Below the pieces are notes generated by a model. That model did no database searches, was not told where the DNA came from, and was given only the letters and a program-made list of their open reading frames with translations. Both the position numbers and the translations under genes were made by a program. Below are positions 37,951 to 47,477 of a stretch of 64,000 nucleotides of DNA, piece after piece. The DNA lies in the NCBI GenBank assembly GCA_964449075.1, contig CAYVBJ010000013.1, positions 12,436 through 76,435 on the forward strand, given 5' to 3'. The stretch comes from an uncultured Balneolaceae bacterium (lineage in GTDB: Bacteria > Bacteroidota > Rhodothermia > Balneolales > Balneolaceae). Each line of letters starts with the position of its first letter. Position 1 is the stretch's first letter.

Positions 37951-38787
37951 TCAAACATCCTTGTTTAAGTAAAAGCGTGATGGCAGGTTGATATCAAGTG
38001 CACCCAGGCCAAAAAGCCCGTAGTCATATTTGACCGGGTCTTCGGGATCCAGAATTCTGAGTACTGAGGTCAGTTCAAGTACAGATTGCCAGTCGCTGGC
38101 TCTGCGCGTGAGTAGCCCAAGCTGCCGCGACTGACGGGCTACGTGAACATCAAGCGGAATTTTCAGATCATAAGGATTGATAAAATTCCATATACCAGGG
38201 TCAACAGGGCTATCTTTCCTTATACACCATCGAAGATACATATAAAGTCTTTTACAGGAACCGTTCTTTTCAGGAGTTGAAATGTGCTTGTATGTTCTCT
38301 TTTTAAAACGGGGATAATGAGAAAAAAAACGATTGTGAAACACAGTCATAAGTGGGAGGCCTGATTTTGATGAAATTTCATCACAGCTTTCCCAGAATTT
38401 TTCAAAATCAGTGTAACTCAGATAAATCGCCTGAAGTGCCAGTGTTAACCCGTGTAAATCTACCGGTTTGAAAGTGCGATGCTTAAAAAAACGGAATAGT
38501 GGAAAGTCGGATTCAGTATAACCCGTGATAAATTGAAAAGGCTTGTAATTCATGATTCCGATCAGCTCTTCAACTTTTCTGCATACAACATCCCGCCGGC
38601 CCCACGCCATTAATGCAGCAAAAAAACCGGCAATTTCTCTATCTTTTTTTGAGTCAAAAGCATGCATAAACTGTACGGGATCACTATTGATATAGTCTGG
38701 CGTTTCCACTCTTTGATTCAGGTCATCCAGGTAAGGTTTCAGCTCAAACAGTAACTTTTTGCTTCTTTTACGAAGGCGTTTCTTCAT
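37951..38787 (-). CDS. DUF2400 / TIGR02757-like protein, function unknown, with an HhH-like motif
   Basis: 278 aa. The family call is from recall (FFAALMAWGRRD..., PLDVHVARQSRQLGLL). It lies 54 bp downstream of mutY on the same strand. Confidence 0.55.
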   Translation of the reverse strand: MKKRLRKRSKKLLFELKPYLDDLNQRVETPDYINSDPVQFMHAFDSKKDREIAGFFAALMAWGRRDVVCRKVEELIGIMNYKPFQFITGYTESDFPLFRFFKHRTFKPVDLHGLTLALQAIYLSYTDFEKFWESCDEISSKSGLPLMTVFHNRFFSHYPRFKKRTYKHISTPEKNGSCKRLYMYLRWCIRKDSPVDPGIWNFINPYDLKIPLDVHVARQSRQLGLLTRRASDWQSVLELTSVLRILDPEDPVKYDYGLFGLGALDINLPSRFYLNKDV

Positions 38788-38841
38788 ATTTTTTTATGTA
38801 ATGAACAGAAAAACAACTTTTGAATCGATAGTTTAAAATAT

Positions 38842-39924
38842 TTATTTATCTGCAGGATAATTCTGTTTCAATCGCTGAACCAAATCTTTGTTCGCTTTCG
38901 GAAAAGGATAGCGGTCAATATCTGTAAGGTCTATCCATTTGATTTCCTGGCTGCTAACGGGTTCAGGTTTACCCTTCCTGATTTTACAAATATAAGATTT
39001 GAGTGTAATTCTGAAGTGGGAGTATGCATGTTTAACGGTCATAAACTCTTCCAGTATTTCTGCTTCCACTCCCAGCTCTTCTTGCAGCTCCCTGCGTACA
39101 GTATCACGAATATCTTCGTCTTTTTTTCGTTTTCCGCCGGGGAATTCCCATAAACCGCCAAGCATTACATCTTCAGGTCTCAGTGCGATCAGAACCTGGT
39201 TTTTGTTGTTAAACAGAATGCCGACACCAATATCGTAGTGAGGAATTTTTTTAGAAGGTGATTTATATGGGATTTTTTCAGTCATAGCTGATTTGAAAGC
39301 ATTACATGCAGCAGATATCGGACAGGATTCACATAGCGGGTTAGAAGGCAGGCAAATAGTTGCACCGAGTTCCATCACTGCCTGGTTGAAATCACCGGGG
39401 TTCGAATGTGGAATCACCTCACTGGCAAGCTGCTGAATACCGTTTTTGGTTTGTTGATTTCTGATATCATCGATAATTCCAAAATAACGGCTTAATACAC
39501 GAAGCACATTCCCATCGACCACAGCATGTGGTTTTTGAAATGCAATGCTGAGTATGGCAGCTGCCGTATAGGGACCGATTCCTTTGAGGGTTTTTATTTC
39601 GGACAGGGTATCCGGCAGATTTCCATCATACTTGTCTATAACCATCCGGGCTGCATCCTGAAGGTTCCTTGCACGGCTGTAGTAACCAAGGCCTTCCCAT
39701 AATTTTAAAACACGCTGGCGGTCTGCCAGTGCCAGATCATATACAGTCGGGAACTCGTTTAAAAACCTTTGATAGTATGGAATAGCGGTGCTGACCCTGG
39801 TTTGCTGGAGCATGATTTCAGACACCCAGATTTTATACGGGTCTGAAGTCTCCCGCCATGGGAGGTTACGCTTATTCTCAGAGTACCAGTTCAAAATATT
39901 CTCAACAGGAAAAAATTGCTGCAC
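38842..39924 (-). CDS. mutY: A/G-specific adenine DNA glycosylase
   Basis: 360 aa with an HhH-GPD domain (WVSEIMLQQTRV, GIGPYTAAAILSIAF, VVDGNVLRVLSRYFG). It has a canonical 4Fe-4S loop C-x6-C-x2-C-x5-C (CLPSNPLCESCPISAAC) and a C-terminal NUDIX-like domain (GGLWEFPGGKRKKDE). Confidence 0.9.
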   Translation of the reverse strand: MQQFFPVENILNWYSENKRNLPWRETSDPYKIWVSEIMLQQTRVSTAIPYYQRFLNEFPTVYDLALADRQRVLKLWEGLGYYSRARNLQDAARMVIDKYDGNLPDTLSEIKTLKGIGPYTAAAILSIAFQKPHAVVDGNVLRVLSRYFGIIDDIRNQQTKNGIQQLASEVIPHSNPGDFNQAVMELGATICLPSNPLCESCPISAACNAFKSAMTEKIPYKSPSKKIPHYDIGVGILFNNKNQVLIALRPEDVMLGGLWEFPGGKRKKDEDIRDTVRRELQEELGVEAEILEEFMTVKHAYSHFRITLKSYICKIRKGKPEPVSSQEIKWIDLTDIDRYPFPKANKDLVQRLKQNYPADK

Positions 39925-39925
39925 G

Positions 39926-41479
39926 TTAATTCAAATTTCCGGTTTCGCCTGTTGTCATTTCGATCACATTGATTTCAATATTTTGCGAAGAGGCTGCGCC
40001 GAACTGATCGGTGGCAATAACCTTGAATTCCCATGTACGTACCTGGCGCAAAGTAGGGGTCCATCGGAAAAGGCCGGTTTGTTCATCAAGAGAAGCACCA
40101 TCAGGGAGATCTACACCCAGATATCTGAGAAGGTCAGGATTCACACCGTCTGGGTCAACAGCCTGAATTTCAAGTTCAAACGGCTCATTAGCAGGAATAG
40201 TTATCGGTCTCCGGGGGGTAAATCGAGGCGGAGCGTTGAATGACTTAAGATCAATCCAAAATGATGTACTGTCTTTCAGACCTTTTGAAGTTTGGGCAAT
40301 AATATTTACCATGTGGCGTCCTGTTTGAGTTGCCATCGGCTGCCAGTAGAACGATTGCCCCTTAATTTTTGCATTGCTTATGGAAGATTGATAATAAAAT
40401 TCAACATCGGCTGCATCATAATTTTCTTCTATTTCAAGCGGGATTAACACAGTTTTTGGAAATGGTATTGTGATATCCGAAACCTCTTTTAGTGTAACGG
40501 AGTTTGGCACATCAATGCTTTCTGGCTTCTGGTTCTCTACAGAGACCTGCCTTACAGGAAAAACCTGGTTGAATTCTGAAATCCAGAGAGATCCGCTTGT
40601 TACTGTAAAATAATTTCCGGAGCGCTGATCATCTTTCCAGTTTTCAGTCTCATCTTCATTTCTGACAATCCATAATAACCCGTTCTCAGTTCGGATTATG
40701 ACATTCTCATTCCAGGTATCCAGTTTGGTAACAGAGCTGCTGAGAGTTGCAATCACATTACTTTCGCCATTCGCCCCAACTTTGAAAACTGTTCCCGCAC
40801 TGTCAGAAGCATAAATGTTGTCATTAGTAAAAAAGAGTTTTGAAGCTGATCTGTCTATTTGCACGGATCGCTGATAGGCCGGCGGGGTGGCGCTGCTTTC
40901 ATGACGAAATAACTCAATAGTATTTTGATCAGTTAAAACATAGAGGTTATTGCTTCGATCAGCAGTTATATCAATAATATTTTTTCCAGAGAATGCATCA
41001 GAAGTTATAACTTCAGCCTCAGTATCCACTGCTTCAGGAGAATCGAGTGCAATTCTGGCCAGTTGAAGATTATTCAGTACGATATACAAACTGTTGCCTA
41101 TTCGTTTCACAGTCATAGGTTGTTCAGGTAAAACAGTGGCTGAGTAGACTCCCAGAACTGATGTAGGTTCAATAACAGTTAATCTGCGGCCATCGCCGTA
41201 CAGATAGGCGAAACGAGTATCCGCCTGCAATTTATTTCCACGCCGCTGCATTCCTGTTGATGAATAGAGCCATTGCAATGAATCGGCATGCGCACGGAAT
41301 ACGATTAATCCTTCAGTGTCAGAAAGAACATAGAGGTGAGTAGCAGAACTTTCAAGTGATTTGATTTGAGGTATCTCCATTAACTGAGAATAATCCTGCA
41401 TCATAACCGGTTGGGCAGAAAGGTCAATTGCACAGTTATATATAGTAAAAAGTAAAAATATTGATATCGCTTGCTTCAT
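39926..41479 (-). CDS. Secreted protein with a C-terminal cadherin-like / Ig-like (He_PIG-type) domain
   Basis: I trimmed the start to ATG 41479 (MKQAISIFLLFTIYNCAIDLSAQ signal peptide). The longer ORF-track start would overlap the upstream SDR gene by about 190 bp. C-terminal region: PPRFTP...AVDPDG...LPDGASLDEQTGLFRWTP. Confidence 0.6.
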   Translation of the reverse strand: MKQAISIFLLFTIYNCAIDLSAQPVMMQDYSQLMEIPQIKSLESSATHLYVLSDTEGLIVFRAHADSLQWLYSSTGMQRRGNKLQADTRFAYLYGDGRRLTVIEPTSVLGVYSATVLPEQPMTVKRIGNSLYIVLNNLQLARIALDSPEAVDTEAEVITSDAFSGKNIIDITADRSNNLYVLTDQNTIELFRHESSATPPAYQRSVQIDRSASKLFFTNDNIYASDSAGTVFKVGANGESNVIATLSSSVTKLDTWNENVIIRTENGLLWIVRNEDETENWKDDQRSGNYFTVTSGSLWISEFNQVFPVRQVSVENQKPESIDVPNSVTLKEVSDITIPFPKTVLIPLEIEENYDAADVEFYYQSSISNAKIKGQSFYWQPMATQTGRHMVNIIAQTSKGLKDSTSFWIDLKSFNAPPRFTPRRPITIPANEPFELEIQAVDPDGVNPDLLRYLGVDLPDGASLDEQTGLFRWTPTLRQVRTWEFKVIATDQFGAASSQNIEINVIEMTTGETGNLN

Positions 41480-41498
41480 CTTCGCAATCCTGTTTTTT

Positions 41499-42473
41499 TC
41501 ATAACCAATGATGTTTTTTATACCAGGCAATCGTTTTTTGCAATCCATCTTCAAGTGAATACCCGGGTTTGTAATCAATTTCCTCAACTGCTTTTTCATT
41601 TGAACAAGTCCATTCGTGAACCATCTCATTCGCCTTTTCTTTATTAAATACAGGATACTTACCAAAAAAAGAAGCCGAAGTTTCAACAACTGAAGATAAT
41701 TTTTTTACAAGTTTCGGTTTGATTCGAATCGGCAGCGTTTTTTTTCCGAGGGCTTTACCTGCTGCGCGCCGTATCTGATTCCAGTTATATATTTCAGGAC
41801 CAGATACAAAATAGGTGTGAACACCCGGATTTTCCAGGGCTGCGGCTTTTGAGATTCCCTGAATTACATCATCTACATAAACCATCGAAATCTCTGGCTT
41901 TTCACCATCCCCGACAATCGGACAGAGTCCGTAATTCATAATCTTAAAGAAAGAGTAGATCTGATCTTCACGTGGCCCGTACACTGCAGGCGGACGCAAA
42001 ACAGAAACAGTCATGTCGCCCAGCGCAGCCTGGTGAATCATCTCCTCCATCTTCTTTTTAGACTTGCCGTATCTGCTTACAGGATTCATCGGGTCAGATT
42101 CAGTGAGTGGTTTTCCATTAGCAGGTCCGGCTGCCGCAAGCGAAGATAAAATCACCATTTTTTTAACACCCGCTTTTTTCGCAACAAGTAACATATTTTC
42201 TGTTGCTTCAACATTTGCACGGTCAAACTCTTTTTGTGACTTTGCCATTACAAGTCCGGCAAGATGAAAAACAACATCTATATTTTCCATGGCTTTATGA
42301 AGCAGGGAGATACTGTACAAATCACCGGAAATTCGTACATAATCTTTTCCCCGGAGCCATTTTTCCCGGTTTCTGACAAGACATCTTACCTCAGAAATAT
42401 TTCCGGATTCAAGCAAACAATCAACAAGATGACTTCCGATAAAACCGGTGCCGCCGGTAACAAAAGTGTTCAT
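41499..42473 (-). CDS. NAD(P)-dependent epimerase/dehydratase-family (extended SDR) oxidoreductase
   Basis: 324 aa with the Rossmann motif VTGGTGFIGSHL and a catalytic YGKSK (YxxxK). Confidence 0.85.
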   Translation of the reverse strand: MNTFVTGGTGFIGSHLVDCLLESGNISEVRCLVRNREKWLRGKDYVRISGDLYSISLLHKAMENIDVVFHLAGLVMAKSQKEFDRANVEATENMLLVAKKAGVKKMVILSSLAAAGPANGKPLTESDPMNPVSRYGKSKKKMEEMIHQAALGDMTVSVLRPPAVYGPREDQIYSFFKIMNYGLCPIVGDGEKPEISMVYVDDVIQGISKAAALENPGVHTYFVSGPEIYNWNQIRRAAGKALGKKTLPIRIKPKLVKKLSSVVETSASFFGKYPVFNKEKANEMVHEWTCSNEKAVEEIDYKPGYSLEDGLQKTIAWYKKHHWL

Positions 42474-42554
42474 ATAATTATTATATTGATAAGCTTATTT
42501 AAACAGATACTGCAAAGCAACAAGATACGGGTTTGCAGTCTGCATTAAAAAATT

Positions 42555-43700
42555 ATGAGCAAATTTCGAGTAGCTATTTTTACGGGCAATTACAATCACA
42601 TCCGGGACGGTGTTTCGTTGACATTGAATCGTCTCGTCAGTTTTTTAATTCAGAATGATGTTGAGGTTGTTGTATTTGGTCCTACTACCGAAAATCCTGA
42701 GGTAGACCATGTGGGTGAATTTATACCGGTTCCCTCTAAGCCGGCACCGGGCAGACCTGAATACCGTCTTTCAACAGGCCTGTCGAAAGAGGCTAAAAAC
42801 CGGCTGGAAGAGTTCGATCCGGATATTATTCACATTGCAACTCCTGATCTGTTGGGATACCGTGCTTTAAAATGGGCAAAAAAACAGAGAAAAGTGATTG
42901 TAGCTTCCTATCATACCCATTTCCCAAGTTATTTGAAATACTATGGATTTCAATGGCTTGAACCGGCCGGCTGGAAATATCTGCGGTGGTTTTACAGCCA
43001 CTGTTCTCAGATTTATGTACCAACTCCTTCGATGGCAGCAGAGCTAAAAGAAAATAACATATCAAACGGCCTGATTGTCTGGGCGAGAGGAGTAGATACA
43101 AATCTGTTTAATCCGGAGAGAAGATCGGAAGAGTGGAGAAGCAAATTGGGTATTTTACCTGGTGATATTGTGGTCACGTTTGTTTCAAGGCTTGTTTGGG
43201 AGAAGAATTTGAAGATGTATGCAGATGTGCTGCGAACTCTGCAGAAAGATCATGTAAACGTGAAAGCTGTTGTAGTTGGAAGCGGGCCGGCAGGTGATGA
43301 ATTTAAATCTTTACTTCCATCTGCAATTATGACCGGGTTTCTTGAGGGCGAAGAATTGGCCAGATCGTATGCCAGCAGTGATATATTCTTTTTCCCGTCT
43401 GATACAGAAACCTTTGGCAGTGTCACTCTCGAAGCAATGGCAAGCGGATTACCGTGTGTGGTTGCAGATGCTGCCGGCAGTAAATCATTGGTTGAAAATA
43501 GTGTTAATGGCTACAGAGCTGAAGCAGAAGACTTTGGAGCATTTTTAGATGATACAGAGTCTCTGATTAAATATCCGGAATTACGTAAAGAGATGGGAAC
43601 TAATTCTTTGGAAAAGGCTAAAGAGTACAGCTGGGAAAATATCAACAGGAAACTGTTATCCTGTTACAGAGAAATGTTGTCAAATAAGCAGGAAGAGTAA
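42555..43700 (+). CDS. Glycosyltransferase family 4 (GT-B, group 1)
   Basis: 381 aa with a C-terminal donor-binding region FFFPSDTETFGSVTLEAMASGLPCVVAD (EX7E-type). Confidence 0.85.
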   Translation: MSKFRVAIFTGNYNHIRDGVSLTLNRLVSFLIQNDVEVVVFGPTTENPEVDHVGEFIPVPSKPAPGRPEYRLSTGLSKEAKNRLEEFDPDIIHIATPDLLGYRALKWAKKQRKVIVASYHTHFPSYLKYYGFQWLEPAGWKYLRWFYSHCSQIYVPTPSMAAELKENNISNGLIVWARGVDTNLFNPERRSEEWRSKLGILPGDIVVTFVSRLVWEKNLKMYADVLRTLQKDHVNVKAVVVGSGPAGDEFKSLLPSAIMTGFLEGEELARSYASSDIFFFPSDTETFGSVTLEAMASGLPCVVADAAGSKSLVENSVNGYRAEAEDFGAFLDDTESLIKYPELRKEMGTNSLEKAKEYSWENINRKLLSCYREMLSNKQEE

Positions 43701-43954
43701 GACAGTTTAATTACAGGGAGAATATAAAACCGTATATCGGTAATTTTCCTGAAACAAAAGAAAGGATTTGTCAGTAGTAATATACCCCTGAAAATTTAAA
43801 TAATATATCTAAGGGAATGCAGTTTATACCAGCTATGTTACTAAGCTGAATCAGAAAAACGGGAAACAAAATAGAATAGCGGCAAATCAATAATTTGATA
43901 GAATTTTAATACTGCCTATATTCCAACGATAATGTAAATTATAAGCACCTCGCG

Positions 43955-45196
43955 ATGGGCGAATTCAGAGCCGAAATTAAACGAGCAGACATTTTTACGA
44001 AAGCCTTTGAATTTACAAAGGCAGATGAAATTAAAGAAGCTGGTCTGTACCCTTACTTTAAACCGCTGCAAGCCACTGATGGAACGACCGTTCAGATTGA
44101 AGGTCGTGATGTGATCATGGCAGGTTCAAATAATTATTTGGGTTTGACAAATGATCCCAGAACCATGAAAGCAGCTCAGGATGTGATTAAGGTTTATGGA
44201 ACCGGCTGTACAGGTTCAAGGTATTTAAACGGAACCCTCGATTTGCATCTTGAGCTTGAAGAGAAACTTGCTGAATTCATGAATAAGGAGGCCTGTGTTC
44301 TGTTTAGCACAGGATATCAGACGAATGAAGGAAGTATACAGACAATTGCAGGCAGAAATGACATAATTTTTTCTGATAAGGACAATCATGCCTGTATTGT
44401 TGTCGGAACACAGGTATCGAATGCAAAAACTGTGCGCTACAAACACAATGATATTACACATCTCCGAAGACTTCTGGAGAACGCTGATCCTGAAGCGGGA
44501 AAAATTATCATCAGTGATGGTGTCTTTTCAATGTCCGGAACCATTGCCAGGATTCCGGAATTGCTGGAGCTTGCAAAAGAATACGGCGCACGATTGTATC
44601 TCGATGACGCTCATGCTATCGGAGTAATCGGTGATGGCGGCAGGGGCTCTGCCTCTGTATTTGGTCTGCTTGACCAGGTTGATCTTATCAGCGGAACATT
44701 TTCCAAATCTTTCGCGTCACTTGGTGGGTTTATTGTTGGTGAGAGACCTGTTATTGAATATATTCGTCATAATTCCCCCGCTCACATCTTTAGTGCGAGT
44801 ATGCCGCCTGCCAATGTCGCCACAGTATTAAAAGCTCTTGAAATACTGCAGGAGGAGCCCTGGAGACTCGAAAGGCTGGAAGAAATTTCTAATTATATGC
44901 GCACAGAGCTTCGGAAACTTGGCTTTAATGTATGGACAAGCCAAACTCCAATTATTCCTGTGGTAATCGGGGGTATGAATGAATGTTTCAGTTTTTGGAA
45001 AGATCTCTTTGAGGAAGGGGTTTACGTAAATGCAGTCGTCCCCCCTGGTGTTCCTGCTGGTCAGTCACTGGTTCGTACAAGCTATATGGCAACTCATACC
45101 AATGAACAGCTCGATCGTATTCTAAGTGCATTTCAGATTGTTGGAATAAAACATGGTATCATTGATAAGAATGGCCATTCTCTAATTGATATTTAA
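43955..45196 (+). CDS. spt: Alpha-oxoamine synthase, serine palmitoyltransferase-like
   Basis: 413 aa with the PLP lysine in GTFSKSF. Long stretches parallel Sphingomonas SPT as I recall it (GSRYLNGTLDLHLELEEKLAEF..., FSTGYQTN, YVNAVVPPGVPAG). BioF or Kbl cannot be excluded without a tree. Confidence 0.65.
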   Translation: MGEFRAEIKRADIFTKAFEFTKADEIKEAGLYPYFKPLQATDGTTVQIEGRDVIMAGSNNYLGLTNDPRTMKAAQDVIKVYGTGCTGSRYLNGTLDLHLELEEKLAEFMNKEACVLFSTGYQTNEGSIQTIAGRNDIIFSDKDNHACIVVGTQVSNAKTVRYKHNDITHLRRLLENADPEAGKIIISDGVFSMSGTIARIPELLELAKEYGARLYLDDAHAIGVIGDGGRGSASVFGLLDQVDLISGTFSKSFASLGGFIVGERPVIEYIRHNSPAHIFSASMPPANVATVLKALEILQEEPWRLERLEEISNYMRTELRKLGFNVWTSQTPIIPVVIGGMNECFSFWKDLFEEGVYVNAVVPPGVPAGQSLVRTSYMATHTNEQLDRILSAFQIVGIKHGIIDKNGHSLIDI

Positions 45197-45199
45197 AAA

Positions 45200-46333
45200 A
45201 TGCCCGATACTGAAACGAACGGGGTAACATTTGTAACCACCAAAGCGGAGAAAAAAGAGTTTCTCGAGTTTCCCTACTCGCACTATGCAGATGACAAGTA
45301 CTGGGTGCCGCCTCTTAAAATTGAGCAAAAAAAGCTTCTCGATACAAAAAAGAATCCTTTCTTTGAAAACGCTGAGATATCACTTTTTGTAGCATTCCAC
45401 AATGATAAACCTGCTGGCCGGATAGCTGCGATCATTGATCACAGATACAATGAATTTTATGAAAGCAAAACCGGTTTTTTTGGCTTTTTTGAGGTAATTG
45501 ATAATCAAAGCACGGCCGATTTGCTCTTCAGAGTTGCTGAAGACTGGCTGAAAGACAAAGGTATGGAAAATGTACTGGGGCCGGCAAGTCCCGGAATGAT
45601 GGATATGATAGGTGTTCTCGTTGAGGGGTTTGATAAATATCCGGCAATTATGATGCCCTACAATAAGCCTTACTACGATACATTGATAAAAAAATCCGGA
45701 TATGAAAAGTCTGTGGACCTGTTTACCTATATCGTATCTCAAGAATCTGTTGACAGGGACCGTATAAACAGAGCTGAGGCAATCGTTAAAAGACGTCTTC
45801 CAAATTTGGAAATCAGACCACTCGATCTGAAAAATCTTGAAAAAGAGGTAGAGATTGTTCGGGGTATCTTTAATGAAGCCTGGCAAGATAACTGGGGATT
45901 TATTCCCATTAGTGAAGAGGAGTTCAGGCATTTTGCTAATGATCTGAAAATGATCGTGGATACAGATTTTGCTCATATTGCTGAAGTGGATGGTGAACCG
46001 GTTGCCTTTTCGATTGCACTGCCTGACTATAACCAGGTCTTTAAAGAGATGAATGGCACACTTTTTCCGGTTGGAATACTAAAACTCTTATGGTATCGCA
46101 GAAAAATAGATAAGCTTCGAACCGCACTGATGGGAGTGAAAAAGGAGTACCAGGGAAAAGGAATTGATGTACTTTTACACAGAGAGACGATTCAAAATGG
46201 ACTTTACCGGGGCATGAATAGTTCTGAGATAGGATGGATTCTTGAGAATAATGTTAACATGATTCGTGTTGCCGAAAAAATTGGCGGACACTTTGAAAAG
46301 CGTTACCGGATGTATCAAAAAAGATTGATTTGA
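45200..46333 (+). CDS. GNAT-like N-acyltransferase family protein (about 377 aa)
   Basis: It starts 4 bp after spt. The C-terminal half has an acyl-CoA-binding motif-A-like LMGVKKEYQGKGIDVLL. Confidence 0.5.
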   Translation: MPDTETNGVTFVTTKAEKKEFLEFPYSHYADDKYWVPPLKIEQKKLLDTKKNPFFENAEISLFVAFHNDKPAGRIAAIIDHRYNEFYESKTGFFGFFEVIDNQSTADLLFRVAEDWLKDKGMENVLGPASPGMMDMIGVLVEGFDKYPAIMMPYNKPYYDTLIKKSGYEKSVDLFTYIVSQESVDRDRINRAEAIVKRRLPNLEIRPLDLKNLEKEVEIVRGIFNEAWQDNWGFIPISEEEFRHFANDLKMIVDTDFAHIAEVDGEPVAFSIALPDYNQVFKEMNGTLFPVGILKLLWYRRKIDKLRTALMGVKKEYQGKGIDVLLHRETIQNGLYRGMNSSEIGWILENNVNMIRVAEKIGGHFEKRYRMYQKRLI

Positions 46334-46377
46334 ACGAACAATTTTCTTTTAATCTTTGAAATAATCGAAAAAAGGTA

Positions 46378-47412
46378 TCATAATCGGTCAAGATTCCTGA
46401 AAATCTCAACTTCATTTTCATCCAGGATATAAACATTGTCAAGCTGCTCAATGTGATAAACTGGTATCTCATCCATTTTTATCTTTGATTCGGGATCGAC
46501 AACCAGGATTCTGTTCAGGTGATACCCCCCGCTTGGTATCACCTTCAGATAACGTTTTCTTGTGGCAGAGAGGCCAATATAAACCCGATTCTTTTTTAAT
46601 GAGAAATCCACACCACGACCGAATCCACCATTTTCAATTTCAGTAATGAGCTCCCAGTTACTATTATAAATCTTTGTAGAGAAGTCACCACTGTCCTGAA
46701 TCCAGTAATCTCCATCGATCATTCTCAGTGAATGAGGGCTTTGCAGTTTCAATGGAACCACAGTTTCTTTATCAAGATTGATCACACCACCATCTCCCTG
46801 GTTTTTAACCAGTTTTTCGAGCAGTATCCTGTAATATTGCCATCCGCTGACATGATGAATCAGTACGCACAAATTGCCTTCGTAATTCCTGAAAACCTGG
46901 TTGCAGTGAAACCGGTCTCTTACCTTTTCTTCGCTTGCCTTTTGAAGCTCCTTTTGAGTTCTGAATTTATCAAGGGAAATACGCCTGATGATGTTCTCTT
47001 GTTTGGTATTGTACTCAATTACCTCATCGAATTCGGTGTTTGAAATCCAGAGAGAATCTCCTAAGTAATGGATGTCGTGCAGATCATAAATACGGGGAAT
47101 ATCCAGTTTTGTAAATTTGCCTGTTTTGGTATCGAGTTTTCTCAGCTCATCATTGATGGATACAATCAGCTGATTCCTATTATGTTTTTTCCAGGCAATA
47201 GAACTGACCCCGACTTTTCCCCAGTTATTAAAAAAATTCACAGGTTCTGAATGTGCGTCCCGGTGCAGAATCTGAACCGGACGGATCTCATCTCTGTCCA
47301 GGTTTTGATCAGCCGGATTGTTGTTCTGCGATCCCAGTATTAAAAGATTATGCTTTAAAGACATTTGATCGATAATATTCAAAGTGTCTAATATGCGGCA
47401 TATTTTGATCAA
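46378..47412 (-). CDS. Hypothetical protein (beta-rich, possibly propeller-like)
   Basis: 344-aa ORF with no strong competing ORF. I recognised no motif. The start is uncertain (alternative MSLKHN...). Confidence 0.4.
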   Translation of the reverse strand: MIKICRILDTLNIIDQMSLKHNLLILGSQNNNPADQNLDRDEIRPVQILHRDAHSEPVNFFNNWGKVGVSSIAWKKHNRNQLIVSINDELRKLDTKTGKFTKLDIPRIYDLHDIHYLGDSLWISNTEFDEVIEYNTKQENIIRRISLDKFRTQKELQKASEEKVRDRFHCNQVFRNYEGNLCVLIHHVSGWQYYRILLEKLVKNQGDGGVINLDKETVVPLKLQSPHSLRMIDGDYWIQDSGDFSTKIYNSNWELITEIENGGFGRGVDFSLKKNRVYIGLSATRKRYLKVIPSGGYHLNRILVVDPESKIKMDEIPVYHIEQLDNVYILDENEVEIFRNLDRL

Positions 47413-47477
47413 ATTGAATCAAAAGTGGTTTTTTTTATTCAAGCAGGTTATCATTCATCTTCATATTATCTTACCCT

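Noticed and set aside
41480-41689. N-terminal 70-codon extension of the 587-aa ORF (39926-41689)
   Set aside because: The extension overlaps the 3' end of the SDR gene by about 190 bp in another frame. A signal peptide begins exactly at the internal ATG 41479.
45380-45976. 198-aa minus-strand ORF
   Set aside because: It is antisense to the GNAT-like gene that is tightly coupled to spt, and it has no motifs.
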